Positions 46,916-55,778 of a stretch of 64,000 bases of DNA are shown one piece after another. Position 1 is the first letter of the stretch. Each line of letters opens with the position of its first letter. The translations under genes were made by a program, and so were the position numbers. This DNA is from a virus. The stretch lies in IMG/VR virus record IMGVR_UViG_3300025707_000004. One strand, given 5' to 3'. A model generated the notes under the pieces. The model saw nothing but the letters and a program-made list of their open reading frames with translations. It was not told where the DNA came from and did not search any database.

Positions 46916-47320
46916 CTAATTCAGCTTCGAGAGCGTCCAGGCCCCGCTCAAGACGACCGCCATGCCGGTCACAACCCCCGCACCGTAGATGAAGCCCCCC
47001 GACTCCCACCAGTTGGTGTCGGGGATTTCCAGCGCTTTGTCCAGCAACCCGCTGAGGCGGGTGTTGAAGTCACTGTAGGAGTCGAGCTGCTTCTGGTAGC
47101 TGATGTCCTTTACCTCGCCTTCAGCCACACACTCCCCTAGCTGAGCGGCGGCTTCGGGTAGGCGGGTGTGCAGGCATTTGGCGGCCCTGCTTGCCTCAGC
47201 GTGCGGAAGCAGTAGGCCCTCACAGGGCGTGGTCACCGGCATGGCCTCGGTGCAAACCCCTTGGGCGTAGGCATGGGCCGGGCTCACGGCGAGTAAGACG
47301 GCAGTGAAGGTACGTAGCAT
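46916..47320 (-). CDS. exported protein with signal peptide and C-terminal TM (possible spanin component)
   Basis: Signal peptide ending AHAYA, periplasmic Cys residues, C-terminal hydrophobic helix. Confidence 0.45.
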   Translation of the reverse strand: MLRTFTAVLLAVSPAHAYAQGVCTEAMPVTTPCEGLLLPHAEASRAAKCLHTRLPEAAAQLGECVAEGEVKDISYQKQLDSYSDFNTRLSGLLDKALEIPDTNWWESGGFIYGAGVVTGMAVVLSGAWTLSKLN

Positions 47321-47649
47321 CAGCTTTTCCCCAGCAGGTTGTCGTTCCAGAACTTGGCCAGCTCAACCGGCCCACCCTTGATAGCGTCGTCGACCTCTTT
47401 CTCTTCCGCGGCCAGTCGCGCATGGATGTGGTTGTACTCGGTCCAGATGGCCTGGAGCAGGGTGCTCTCCTCCTTCTGGGCTTCTGTGAGCCGGAGCTTG
47501 TGCTTTTCCTCCGCCACGTCCCGCTTCGCCTTGATGCCCCGCTTCTGTTGGTCCAGCGAGGCCCGGTACCAACGCCATGCGAAGACCGCCGCCACCAGCA
47601 TGAAGCCGATGAGGAGCCACCAGAAAATCGTCTTGAGCCAAGAGGGCAT
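47320..47649 (-). CDS. membrane-anchored coiled-coil protein (possible i-spanin)
   Basis: N-terminal TM followed by a coiled coil. GGAGGT RBS. Confidence 0.5.
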   Translation of the reverse strand: MPSWLKTIFWWLLIGFMLVAAVFAWRWYRASLDQQKRGIKAKRDVAEEKHKLRLTEAQKEESTLLQAIWTEYNHIHARLAAEEKEVDDAIKGGPVELAKFWNDNLLGKS

Positions 47650-47660
47650 GTCACCTCCAT

Positions 47661-47675
47661 TATTAGCGGCTAATA
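47661..47675. repeat. TATTAG-CGG-CTAATA palindrome
   Basis: Read directly. Intergenic. Confidence 0.9.
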
Positions 47676-47713
47676 AAAAAAGAGAGGGGAGGTGCTATAG
47701 TCCCTCCCCCCTC
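47676..47713 (-). terminator. intrinsic terminator of the minus-strand operon
   Basis: On the - strand: GGGGAGG...CCTCCCC stem followed by TCTC and a T-run. Confidence 0.6.
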
Positions 47714-47737
47714 AACTGGACGCCCGACCAGGGGGGC

Positions 47738-48142
47738 TCAGGCGGCCAGCACTCGAAGCCTACCACCCTCTTCTGCGCGCAGCTCCGTGGAGAGCCCTTC
47801 CGACTCCAGGGCCTCTATGGCCGCGGTGAGGGTGTACCACTGCGCCAAGCCGTCTGGAAACCGGCGGTGCGAGTAGAGCGGGTTCTCACGGTGGAGCCAC
47901 CGAGCAATCCGCGGGCCGTCGTCCTCGTCTCCGCAGCACTCGAAGGTGCTCTGCGCTTCCGCGAACTCGAAGGTGATGGGGAGCATGCCGCCCCACACGC
48001 TCTTGTCGACCTTGAGGCCCGGGTGCTTCCGCATCTGGACGTCCTGAATCTCGGTATCGGGGAAGCCGAGCTTGACCAGGGTGCGCTTCAGCAGGTCGAG
48101 GTCGGTCAGGCGAGGAACGGTTATGCGTACGTACTTGCTCAC
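47738..48142 (-). CDS. DUF1257-like protein
   Basis: N-terminus MSKY...LTDLDLLKRTLVKLGF and C-terminus EGGRLRVL. Clustered with the AAA and DUF2997-like genes. Confidence 0.55.
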   Translation of the reverse strand: MSKYVRITVPRLTDLDLLKRTLVKLGFPDTEIQDVQMRKHPGLKVDKSVWGGMLPITFEFAEAQSTFECCGDEDDGPRIARWLHRENPLYSHRRFPDGLAQWYTLTAAIEALESEGLSTELRAEEGGRLRVLAA

Positions 48143-48813
48143 AGGCTCTTCTTTCTCGTGGCGGGGTCTTTAATCTCCCGCAGTACCTTGTCGGCCGGGA
48201 AGCCGGTGATGAGGGCGCCCCCTGTTGAGTCTACCAGGACGTCGACAGAGAAATGGCGCTTCAGGTCGCTGTCATTGAACCTCTCCCCGAAGAGGGTGAC
48301 CCGCTGGTTGCTGGAGGAGGCGTAGGTGTCCCCCTCGATGAGCCGATTCGCAATCTCGAACCGGCCAGAGATGAGCATGTCAATGTGCGTCATCAATAGC
48401 TCTTTCAGGCCCTGGGGGAAGAACCCGTCCAGCTCCTCCAGGGTGTACCCGGTGAAGACCACGATGTTCGGGGCCTGTCTAGCCCCACGCCGTGTGCGCA
48501 ACAGCGCCAGCAGGGTCAGGAACTCCTCGCCTTGCTGGAAAGGCTCGCCACCGGAGAAAGTGATTCCCTCCGCTTCCTCCTCATCGAGGCGGCGGAGGAG
48601 TTCCCGAGCGGAATAGTCCGTCTGGTAGGCGGTTACCCCTGTCCGTGCCTTCACCGACCACAGCTCTTTGTTGAAGCAGCCCCCACAGCCCAGGTCGCAG
48701 CCCTGGAAGTGGACCACCAGACGTTTCCCGGGGCCGTTGACGTTGAAGCTGGTGTTGATGCCACGGACCCGCAGGGTGTCTCCGGTTGTTCGGTAGGAAA
48801 GGGGGTTGGTCAA
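48139..48813 (-). CDS. radical SAM 4Fe-4S protein (NrdG/activase-like)
   Basis: GPGKRLVVHFQGCDLGCGGCFN (CxxxCxxC), GITFSGGEPFQQ, FTGY and SSNQR motifs. Confidence 0.85.
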   Translation of the reverse strand: MTNPLSYRTTGDTLRVRGINTSFNVNGPGKRLVVHFQGCDLGCGGCFNKELWSVKARTGVTAYQTDYSARELLRRLDEEEAEGITFSGGEPFQQGEEFLTLLALLRTRRGARQAPNIVVFTGYTLEELDGFFPQGLKELLMTHIDMLISGRFEIANRLIEGDTYASSSNQRVTLFGERFNDSDLKRHFSVDVLVDSTGGALITGFPADKVLREIKDPATRKKSL

Positions 48814-48992
48814 ACCTGGACTCCCGTCTCGACAGCCACCTCGTAGTACTCGTCCTTGTTGTCTTCGTCCCAGCCGGCACCATCGAGCGCCGCCTTGACG
48901 GCCTCGGTCACCTGCTCACAGGCAGGGCCGACGACGCCGCTGACCTCCATGGTGGCGTTGCCGTTCCTGTCTACGATGATTTCGATTTCCAT
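48810..48992 (-). CDS. DUF2997-like small protein
   Basis: MEIEIIVDRNGNATMEVSGVVGPACEQVT...EYY pattern. Confidence 0.6.
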   Translation of the reverse strand: MEIEIIVDRNGNATMEVSGVVGPACEQVTEAVKAALDGAGWDEDNKDEYYEVAVETGVQV

Positions 48993-49819
48993 TCGTCCAG
49001 CGCCTTTATGTAGTGAGCACGTTTCCGCGCTAGTTGGTTTCTTGCGGCCCGGTAGCCCGGACCAAAGTTGGTGTTGGTTACGGGGTCCTTCCACCAAGCC
49101 CCTACGCGTAGGAAGAGCCCGGTGTGCTGCAGGTACATGAGCAGCTCGTATGTCTCGTCTATTCCCCGCCGCGGCCAGATGGACACCTTGGTCTCCGCGT
49201 CCTTTCGGGTGCGGCCGTTGGCTATGAGCAGGCGGACCCGCGCCCGTTGCTCAGCGAGCTGGCCGTAGATGGTCCTGAAGGACCCCTTTTGCATCTCGAT
49301 GGCGTGGTCCATATGGCAGCTGACGGTGTCGTGCAGGTAGGGGTGGATGCCATGCTCCATGCTCCAGCGCATCTGGTTTGCGACCACAACGAGGGCGCCA
49401 ACGGCTTTAGCCGTGGACCGGAGCATGGAGAGCCCCTGGTCTATTAGCCGCCGTTCTGCGTACGGGACGTGCGCCCACAGCGCGGTGTTGGAGGTCGCGG
49501 AGGTCACCAGTCCAGGGAGGTGGTCAATCAGGACGACCCGCACTCCCTCCTTCAGCATGTGGTAGGCCGTCTCGAAGCCAAGCTCCCCGGTACCGGGGAC
49601 GGCGATGATTGGGTCGACCCTCAGCTGGCGGAGCCACCTGGGGTCGGGGATGGTTGTGGCGACCAGACCGGTAGGCTCTGGCCGCGCTGTTTTCAGGATG
49701 GCTCTGCCCAGCGTGGATACACCCGAGTCAGGCATACCCCACATGGCGAGTACGCCCGGACGGAGTCCGCCCGCGACTACGGCGTCCAATACGCCGAGCC
49801 CCGTCCGGTACGTTCTCAT
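48971..49819 (-). CDS. RecA-like protein with degenerate Walker A
   Basis: TGLGVLDAVVAGGLRPG, GMPDSGVST (Lys absent), LIDHL, VVANQMR and C-terminal GAWW...GPG. Confidence 0.7.
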   Translation of the reverse strand: MRTYRTGLGVLDAVVAGGLRPGVLAMWGMPDSGVSTLGRAILKTARPEPTGLVATTIPDPRWLRQLRVDPIIAVPGTGELGFETAYHMLKEGVRVVLIDHLPGLVTSATSNTALWAHVPYAERRLIDQGLSMLRSTAKAVGALVVVANQMRWSMEHGIHPYLHDTVSCHMDHAIEMQKGSFRTIYGQLAEQRARVRLLIANGRTRKDAETKVSIWPRRGIDETYELLMYLQHTGLFLRVGAWWKDPVTNTNFGPGYRAARNQLARKRAHYIKALDEWKSKSS

Positions 49820-51423
49820 TGAGTCCTTCTTCCTCGACTTCCTCGTTTGAGCCGCCCGACGCGAGTACCGGTAGGCCCGGCAGGGACAGCATCCTCTTCA
49901 GGCGCCGTAGCGTATACGGCTCGGCCCTCCGCCCACGAGCGAAGGTTCTCCAGTTTCTCCTTCATCGTCCGTGAGATAGGCACCACTACTGTTTGGGCAG
50001 CGATGATGTCGTTCTCGTTGAACTCACGGCTCTCAGCAAAGGCGGAGAACATGGCGCTCTCGATGAGGGTCTCTATCTCCGCCCCCGTGTAGCCCGCGCT
50101 CTTCTGAGCGAGGAGGTCGAGGTCGTAGTTCCCCCCATCCCGCCCCCGAGCACGGAGGTGAATCGAGAGAATCTCCTTGCGCTCGACGGTGTTGGGGAGG
50201 TCGACGAAGAAGATGCTGTCGAAGCGACCAGCGCGCAGGGCTTCAGGCGGTAGCTTTGACACGTCGTTCGCCGTGGCCACCACGAACACGGGAGAGGTCT
50301 TCTCCTGCATCCACGTCAACCATGTGCCGAAGACGCGGTCCGAGGTACCTCCGTCCCTCTCCCCGCCGCCGCTGCCCATACCCTTCTCAAGCTCATCCAC
50401 CCAGAGCACACAAGGGCTGATTACCTCAGCAAGCTGAAGCGCCTCACGGAGCTGCTTCTCGGACTGTCCGAGGTAGCTGCCCATGATTTTGCCCAGGTCC
50501 AGTCGGACCACGGGGAGGTTCCACTCGCCGCCGATGGCTTTGGCTACCCAACTCTTGCCACCGCCGGGAACCCCGACAAGTAGCAGCCCCTTGGGGAGAG
50601 GCAGCTGGTATTCCCTCGCTTCTTGCGAGAAAGCAAGCTTCCGCTGCCCCAGCCAGCTCTTGAGGGTGCCCATGCCACCCACGGACTCAAGACCGTTCAA
50701 AGAGTCCCAAAACTCAAGGAACCCGCTCCGCTTGATGATGCCCTTCTTCTCTGCCGTGATTATCCGCGGGTCGAAGCGGCCGGTTGAGCAGAAGCTGCTG
50801 GCGAGGGCGTTACCGACCTCATGAATAGTCAGACCCAGTGAGGCCCCGCTGACCTCCCACACCTGGACGGGTGTTAGCTCAAGTTCTTGGCTGTCCCCGT
50901 ACATCGTCACGATGTCGGTCAGCTCTTCACGGGTTGGTAGGGGCCAGTGCATGACCGTGACGGTCTTCTCTAGCCGTTTGGGGATGTTCACCTCAGCGTC
51001 AACGATGATGATGCTGTGGGGCAACCCCTGCGTCGATATCTTCTGCGCTATATCTTTCAGCTGCCGGAGGATTGGGTAGGCATTCCCGGTAGTAAGGAAA
51101 TGGCAGAAGTCCCTCAGTATCCAGACCCACGCATCAACCTGCCCACCACTCGAATCGAGGCGGGAGTTGATGTACTGCAGGGCACCTACTGGGGACTTCA
51201 CCGAGTTGTCGTCAACGGCCTTATCAGGCTCGGGGCTGTACAAGGTCTGCACAGCTTGGCTCAACGACCAGCGGACCACGGCCGTGCGGCCGTTCTCCAC
51301 CTCGTCTCCACTCCTTATGTGTTCGAGGATGGCTGCCTCGACCCGGTCCTCTTCGTGCGACTGAATCGCGAGGACCGGGTACGCAGCGTCGAGATACACG
51401 CCAAGCTGTTCTTTGGCGCTCAT
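49816..51423 (-). CDS. AAA+ ATPase (Ycf46-like)
   Basis: Inactive N-terminal AAA-like domain. PKGLLLVGVPGGGKS Walker A, LWVDELEKG Walker B, and ATANDVSKLPPEALRAGRFD second region of homology. Confidence 0.9.
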   Translation of the reverse strand: MSAKEQLGVYLDAAYPVLAIQSHEEDRVEAAILEHIRSGDEVENGRTAVVRWSLSQAVQTLYSPEPDKAVDDNSVKSPVGALQYINSRLDSSGGQVDAWVWILRDFCHFLTTGNAYPILRQLKDIAQKISTQGLPHSIIIVDAEVNIPKRLEKTVTVMHWPLPTREELTDIVTMYGDSQELELTPVQVWEVSGASLGLTIHEVGNALASSFCSTGRFDPRIITAEKKGIIKRSGFLEFWDSLNGLESVGGMGTLKSWLGQRKLAFSQEAREYQLPLPKGLLLVGVPGGGKSWVAKAIGGEWNLPVVRLDLGKIMGSYLGQSEKQLREALQLAEVISPCVLWVDELEKGMGSGGGERDGGTSDRVFGTWLTWMQEKTSPVFVVATANDVSKLPPEALRAGRFDSIFFVDLPNTVERKEILSIHLRARGRDGGNYDLDLLAQKSAGYTGAEIETLIESAMFSAFAESREFNENDIIAAQTVVVPISRTMKEKLENLRSWAEGRAVYATAPEEDAVPAGPTGTRVGRLKRGSRGRRTQ

Positions 51424-51438
51424 CTCTGTTGGTGGGCT

Positions 51439-52740
51439 CTACTCTGCGGCCTTGCTGCTCCGACGCAGCTTGCGCTTGGCCGGGGCAGCGGGCGCCGCCT
51501 CTTCGCCAGCCGGTGCAGCCGCCTCGCTCGCGGGGGCAGCGGCGTCAACCTTCTTGGCCGAACGCTTGCGCGGGGTCTTCTTCGCGGCCTTCTTCGTGGT
51601 CTTCTTCGCGGCGACCTTCTTGGGCTTGGCCTCCTTCTTCGGCTTCGGCTTCGGGATGACCGCGAGGTCGATGTCGTCCGTCACGCCGTAGACCAGCGCG
51701 TTCTCATCGCAGCCCATGTTGAACCACGCCAAGGTCGCCAGAATGGCCTGCCGGCGGTCGTCGTCCATGTCGGTGTAGCAGGCGTCGGAGGTGAGGTCCG
51801 CGGCGAACTTCGCCACCTCACCCGTGGTCCGCTTCGTCTTGGCCTTCTCCACGATGTCGCGAGCGGCCTTCTTGTCGGAGGTCAGCTTCGCCAGCGCGGC
51901 CTTCTGGGCCGTGCGGTTCGGCGTGCCGTCCTTCTTGAACATGTCCTTGCTACTGGCCACCGCGAGGGCCTGCTTCAGGGTGATGGACCCGTCACGGATG
52001 GCGTCGAGGTACTCCGGCAGCGTCTTGGACGCGACCTTGTGGTACTGCGACACCGTCGCCTGGGACTTCGCCAGCAGCGCACTCACCTGGGTCTGGGTCC
52101 GCCCACCGGCGAGCAGCTTCTCCGCACCGGAAATCTCCGACGCGAGGTTGAGGCCCGTGCGAGCGAGGTTCTCGGCGAGGTTGAGGTCGTGCGCCCAGCC
52201 CACGACGTCGGGGGTCAGCTCAGTGGCCTCGGTGAAGACCACGGGGACATCGTCGTACTGGAATTCGATTTCAACGGTGATGACGCCATCCCCGTTGCGG
52301 AAGAGGTACGTCTCGTCCTTCTCCATCTCGCCGATGGTTTCGTCGGCGACGCGCTGGTTGTGCTCCGCAATCATCCGGCGCAGCGTGCGCAAGCCTGCGA
52401 CGCGCTGGAAGCCCGCCACGAGGTGGATGGACTCGATGATGGCGTTGTCGTCGTCGTCGACCATCACCTCGCCGTCGTCACTGGTCTGCACGACCGTGAT
52501 GACCTGCGGCGGGGAGATGAGGTGCTGGCTGTGGCCGGTGCCAGCTTCCCAGACGCTGCGCGCCAGGGACTCGGGGGCGGTCTCACCACCGCGGAGGTTC
52601 TCGATCTTGTCGGTCTCGATTGCGTCCAGGGGCACCCACATCTGGTCCATCGACGGGCCAGAGGACTCAGCCCCCGTGCCAGCGGCGGGAACCGGGGCTG
52701 CGGCTTCCGCCGAGGCGGTGTTTTCGGTCTGCTCACTCAT
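51439..52740 (-). CDS. parB: ParB/Spo0J-family DNA-binding protein with histone-H1-like tail
   Basis: LARSV, LVAGFQRV (GxxR box), LAENLARTGL, HTH TQTQVSALLAKSQATVSQY, AIRDGSITLKQA, and a KKVAAKKTTKKAAKK tail. Confidence 0.8.
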   Translation of the reverse strand: MSEQTENTASAEAAAPVPAAGTGAESSGPSMDQMWVPLDAIETDKIENLRGGETAPESLARSVWEAGTGHSQHLISPPQVITVVQTSDDGEVMVDDDDNAIIESIHLVAGFQRVAGLRTLRRMIAEHNQRVADETIGEMEKDETYLFRNGDGVITVEIEFQYDDVPVVFTEATELTPDVVGWAHDLNLAENLARTGLNLASEISGAEKLLAGGRTQTQVSALLAKSQATVSQYHKVASKTLPEYLDAIRDGSITLKQALAVASSKDMFKKDGTPNRTAQKAALAKLTSDKKAARDIVEKAKTKRTTGEVAKFAADLTSDACYTDMDDDRRQAILATLAWFNMGCDENALVYGVTDDIDLAVIPKPKPKKEAKPKKVAAKKTTKKAAKKTPRKRSAKKVDAAAPASEAAAPAGEEAAPAAPAKRKLRRSSKAAE

Positions 52741-52845
52741 TGTAGGAATGGTCCTTTCTGACCTGTTCAAGTGCGTCAGGGGCGGCGTGTTTGCCCCGAC
52801 GTCGAGCACTCTAGCAGGTGGTTTCGCGGTCAGCGAAACAAAAAT

Positions 52846-52860
52846 TATTAGCGGCTAATA
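52846..52860. repeat. TATTAG-CGG-CTAATA palindrome upstream of parB
   Basis: Read directly. Confidence 0.9.
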
Positions 52861-52908
52861 GGGACCGTGGCTAGCTGCCATGTGTACTTTTGGAGGGTTT
52901 AGAGGGGT

Positions 52909-53073
52909 GACCACAATTTTGTGGTCGGTGTTCTGAATGATTCCGAGTAGTTACGCCCCTTCAGGGCTAGAGGTTTTAGAGGCGACCACAACTTTGTGGT
53001 CAGCGAAGTCAATGATTTCAGGCACTTAGCTGCATTAGTTGCAGTCTGCAAGTGACCACAAGGTTGTGGTCAC
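52909..53073. repeat. array of three GACCACAA-NN-TTGTGGTC palindromes (left)
   Basis: Copies at 52909-52926, 52984-53001 and 53054-53071, about 70-75 bp apart. Confidence 0.92.
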
Positions 53074-54152
53074 CCCTTGGGTGTGTTCGCCCCGTCGCGC
53101 TTGCGCCTCTTTATAGAAGCCAGCCTAGTTCTGGCCGTGTTTACGTCCGCAACTGGCTGTATTTCGCTCTTAATTCGGAGGCTTCTGAGGGTGGAAACGT
53201 CCCCTCTTATCTCAAGTCCTTGTTCTTTAAGGCGAATCTCCACAACACCCAAACGAAGGACCACGTCATCTGCCTCGACGGTGAGGAAGCGCAGCGCGGG
53301 GTAGCTCTGGGCCAGAACCCGCAGCTCCCCGGCGAGGTCGGCCACCATCCGTGCGTCCCTCGAAGAGGACGCAAGTTCTGTCTGCCTTATTGCTTCTACC
53401 TGCAGGTTGATGAGGTTTACGGCATTTACTCGCCCAAGCAGCGCAGCTATCTGGTCAAAGGAGGATTTCATCTGCAGACGGTCTGCGAGACGTAGCGCTG
53501 CGAGGGCGTGAGCGAAGCGCCCCTGCAAGTCTGAGATACCTGAGATGAGTTGTACTCTCTCAGCTTCTAGCTCAGTAATGTTAGTTTCGGTAGCCGCTAT
53601 CACTCCCTCGTCAGCAACGGGCGTTAGCCCGAGAACGGTGCTCCTGACGTTCCGTGCATCTGCCAGCCAGTCAGAGAGTAGGCGCTGCAGGGCCTCCGCT
53701 TCGCGGAAGAACACCCCCGCGTCGTAGACCAGCTCCTCAGCCTCCCAGAGGTACTGGTCAAACATACGTTGTCTGAACGTAGTGAACTGCTCAGGAGAGA
53801 GTGTGAAGTCTTGTAGAGCAGAGAGGAAGTTGGTGTAGAGGCTGGGGACCAGGACCACTGCCGGGGGCAGGGTCTTGTAGGTGTTCAGTTTCTGGAGCCC
53901 CGCCCACACCTCTGGGCAGGCGACGCGGTAGGGCAGGTGCACGGCTACCAGCCGCGAGGCTGGAATGTGCGTCCACTGCAGAATCCGCCCCGTATCCTTC
54001 GTTGAAAGCGAGCCCTCTTCCCAGTACGTATCGTCAGTTGGGTCGTAGAACTCTATTTCTGGAGGCCGTTTTAGGACAGAACTGCGACTGATTTTGATGT
54101 GAACGGTGTCCGGTTTCGAGGGAGAAAGGAACGAAAACTCACGATGGGGCAT
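53070..54152 (-). CDS. coiled-coil protein enclosed by the palindrome arrays
   Basis: About 360 aa from ATG 54152, with a helical/coiled-coil central region. The stop codon lies inside the third left palindrome. Confidence 0.65.
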   Translation of the reverse strand: MPHREFSFLSPSKPDTVHIKISRSSVLKRPPEIEFYDPTDDTYWEEGSLSTKDTGRILQWTHIPASRLVAVHLPYRVACPEVWAGLQKLNTYKTLPPAVVLVPSLYTNFLSALQDFTLSPEQFTTFRQRMFDQYLWEAEELVYDAGVFFREAEALQRLLSDWLADARNVRSTVLGLTPVADEGVIAATETNITELEAERVQLISGISDLQGRFAHALAALRLADRLQMKSSFDQIAALLGRVNAVNLINLQVEAIRQTELASSSRDARMVADLAGELRVLAQSYPALRFLTVEADDVVLRLGVVEIRLKEQGLEIRGDVSTLRSLRIKSEIQPVADVNTARTRLASIKRRKRDGANTPKG

Positions 54153-54182
54153 TTCTCGTCCCAGGTGTGTGCGGGCTCTGGG

Positions 54183-54346
54183 GGTGACCACAACCTTGTG
54201 GTCACCTCTAATACTTCTACAACGGGCCTAAGTATGCAGAATCATTAGAGGTGCTGACCACAAAATTGTGGTCACCCACAGAGTGTGTACGGCTAAGTAC
54301 CTGAAATCATTGAACGTGGTGACCACAATGATTTGTGGTCACCACG
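54183..54346. repeat. array of three GACCACAA-N2-4-TTGTGGTC palindromes (right)
   Basis: Copies at 54186-54203, 54256-54273 and 54321-54340. The last extends to a 32-bp inverted repeat at 54315-54346. Confidence 0.92.
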
Positions 54347-54366
54347 CTCTGTGTGGGTCAAGCCGG

Positions 54367-54381
54367 TATTAGCGGCTAATA
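54367..54381. repeat. TATTAG-CGG-CTAATA palindrome
   Basis: Read directly. Overlaps the stop codon of the 54369-55085 gene. Confidence 0.9.
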
Positions 54382-55085
54382 CGACGACCCTGGTAGGGCG
54401 GGTAGGTGATGGAGTGCCTCTTGAGGTATTGCGTCACCCCGATAGTGACGCTGTAGGACGCGACCTGAGTGTCCGCGTGGGCATTCCACGGCCCGGTGGT
54501 GTGGGCGCCTTTGATGAAGCGGTTCGCGACATCGCTGGGATTGATGACTGGGACCACCCCGGCGTGAACCAGGGCGTCTGCGAGCCATTGAGGGCAGCTG
54601 AGGTCTCGCAGATCCTCAAGCTGGTCAGATGAGAGCACGCCCTCCGCCACGTCGACATTGACCTGGAGGTATGAGCTGAGGGTCTTTCCCAGTACTGCTG
54701 GGCCCTGAGCGCTCTTGTTCGTTGCGTGTGCCATCAGCGCCTGCCAGAAGGTCGTGAACAACCTATCCTTGGCACCGCGGTTGGTGGCTCTGGTCTCTGT
54801 GGCGTTATTGGGCGCCCAACCCCCGCTGAGCACATAGCTCAACGCACGGGGGCCTATCATCATGGCGTCCGGCTTCATGATGATGACTCCCCGAGCCCGC
54901 GCGAACCCCCGTTTGTCCAGGGGCACCCCCATGTACACGGCCTCCCCGTCGAGCACGCTCCTTACGAAGTGTATGTCGATGGGGGGAAGCCGCGCGCCTT
55001 CTCTGTCCTCCGGGAAATACCGGAATTCAAAGGCGGGGACGATTGCGGAGCGGAAGAGCGGCTCCAGCTCAACTTCTATGGCCAC
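54369..55085 (-). CDS. hypothetical protein, last gene of the Ubl operon
   Basis: 238 aa, 3 nt downstream of the E1 gene. Confidence 0.65.
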   Translation of the reverse strand: MAIEVELEPLFRSAIVPAFEFRYFPEDREGARLPPIDIHFVRSVLDGEAVYMGVPLDKRGFARARGVIIMKPDAMMIGPRALSYVLSGGWAPNNATETRATNRGAKDRLFTTFWQALMAHATNKSAQGPAVLGKTLSSYLQVNVDVAEGVLSSDQLEDLRDLSCPQWLADALVHAGVVPVINPSDVANRFIKGAHTTGPWNAHADTQVASYSVTIGVTQYLKRHSITYPPYQGRRISR

Positions 55086-55088
55086 CGG

Positions 55089-55778
55089 CTAGTCGACCGA
55101 GATGAGGAGGCCAGCGGGGTTGAACAGCGAGAAGTTGTAGCGCTGATACAGCTTCTCCTGCTCGCCAAGAAAGGCGCTGGTGACGTACCCCGCCAACGCG
55201 GCACCGATCATCATCCCGCAGAATGGGGTGTTGCGCTCGGTGCAGGGCAGCGGGGAGACGCCGGTCGCGTCGAACGACAGCGGGTACCGCTCGAAAACCC
55301 CCTCCGTGTCCTCCATCCAGGCCGCGTGGATGGAACCGTGCCGAGCACCCATCCGGGCATCCAGCACCAGCTCGGTGGCGGGCAGAAGACACGCCTGCTC
55401 GAACACCTGCTGCCGGACTGCCAGCGAGTCGACCGCGGGGATGATGTAGCTGGTGCCCTCCGGCACCTGCTCCTTCGACTCGAACTTGTCGACGACCGGC
55501 TTGATTTCGACGCCGAGAGTCGCCCCGATGCCCTCGTATAGTGCCTCGACCTTGTCCAAGCCTACGTCACCAAGGCCGTACCCCTGCGGGTAGACGTTGA
55601 CGTTGTCGACCACGTCAAAGTCCATCACCGTGACGTTCTCGAATCCGGTGCGGACCAGCGCCCGGACCAGCCAGCTCCCGATGGACCCCGCCCCGATGAC
55701 CAGGATGCCGTGCTCCTTGGCGCTCTTGACGTCGAGCACTGTGGAGTACCGCGCGTGGTAGTTGGGTTCTTCGCTCAT
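55089..55778 (-). CDS. ThiF/MoeB/E1-family adenylyltransferase (Ubl-activating enzyme)
   Basis: ILVIGAGSIGS, VMDFDVVDNVNVYPQ, KVEAL, AVDS...R and LDARMG motifs. Candidate catalytic Cys in PLPCT. No CxxC Zn pairs. Confidence 0.88.
   Translation of the reverse strand: MSEEPNYHARYSTVLDVKSAKEHGILVIGAGSIGSWLVRALVRTGFENVTVMDFDVVDNVNVYPQGYGLGDVGLDKVEALYEGIGATLGVEIKPVVDKFESKEQVPEGTSYIIPAVDSLAVRQQVFEQACLLPATELVLDARMGARHGSIHAAWMEDTEGVFERYPLSFDATGVSPLPCTERNTPFCGMMIGAALAGYVTSAFLGEQEKLYQRYNFSLFNPAGLLISVD

Noticed and set aside
48139-48813. Assigning the symbol nrdG
   Set aside because: No nrdD is in the window and the context is the AAA/DUF module, so the substrate is unknown.
49442-49451. Additional TATTAGCCGC site
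   Set aside because: Half-site only. The right arm is missing, so it was not counted.
52909-54346. CRISPR array interpretation of the GACCACAA palindromes
   Set aside because: The repeats are only 18-20 bp, in two groups of three around a gene. The intervening sequences share motifs rather than being unique spacers, and no cas genes are present.
55089-55778. ThiF/MoeB as a thiamine or molybdopterin biosynthesis gene
   Set aside because: No thiG, moaE or cysteine desulfurase genes are nearby, the CxxC Zn pairs are missing, and the neighbours are E2-like and JAB genes.
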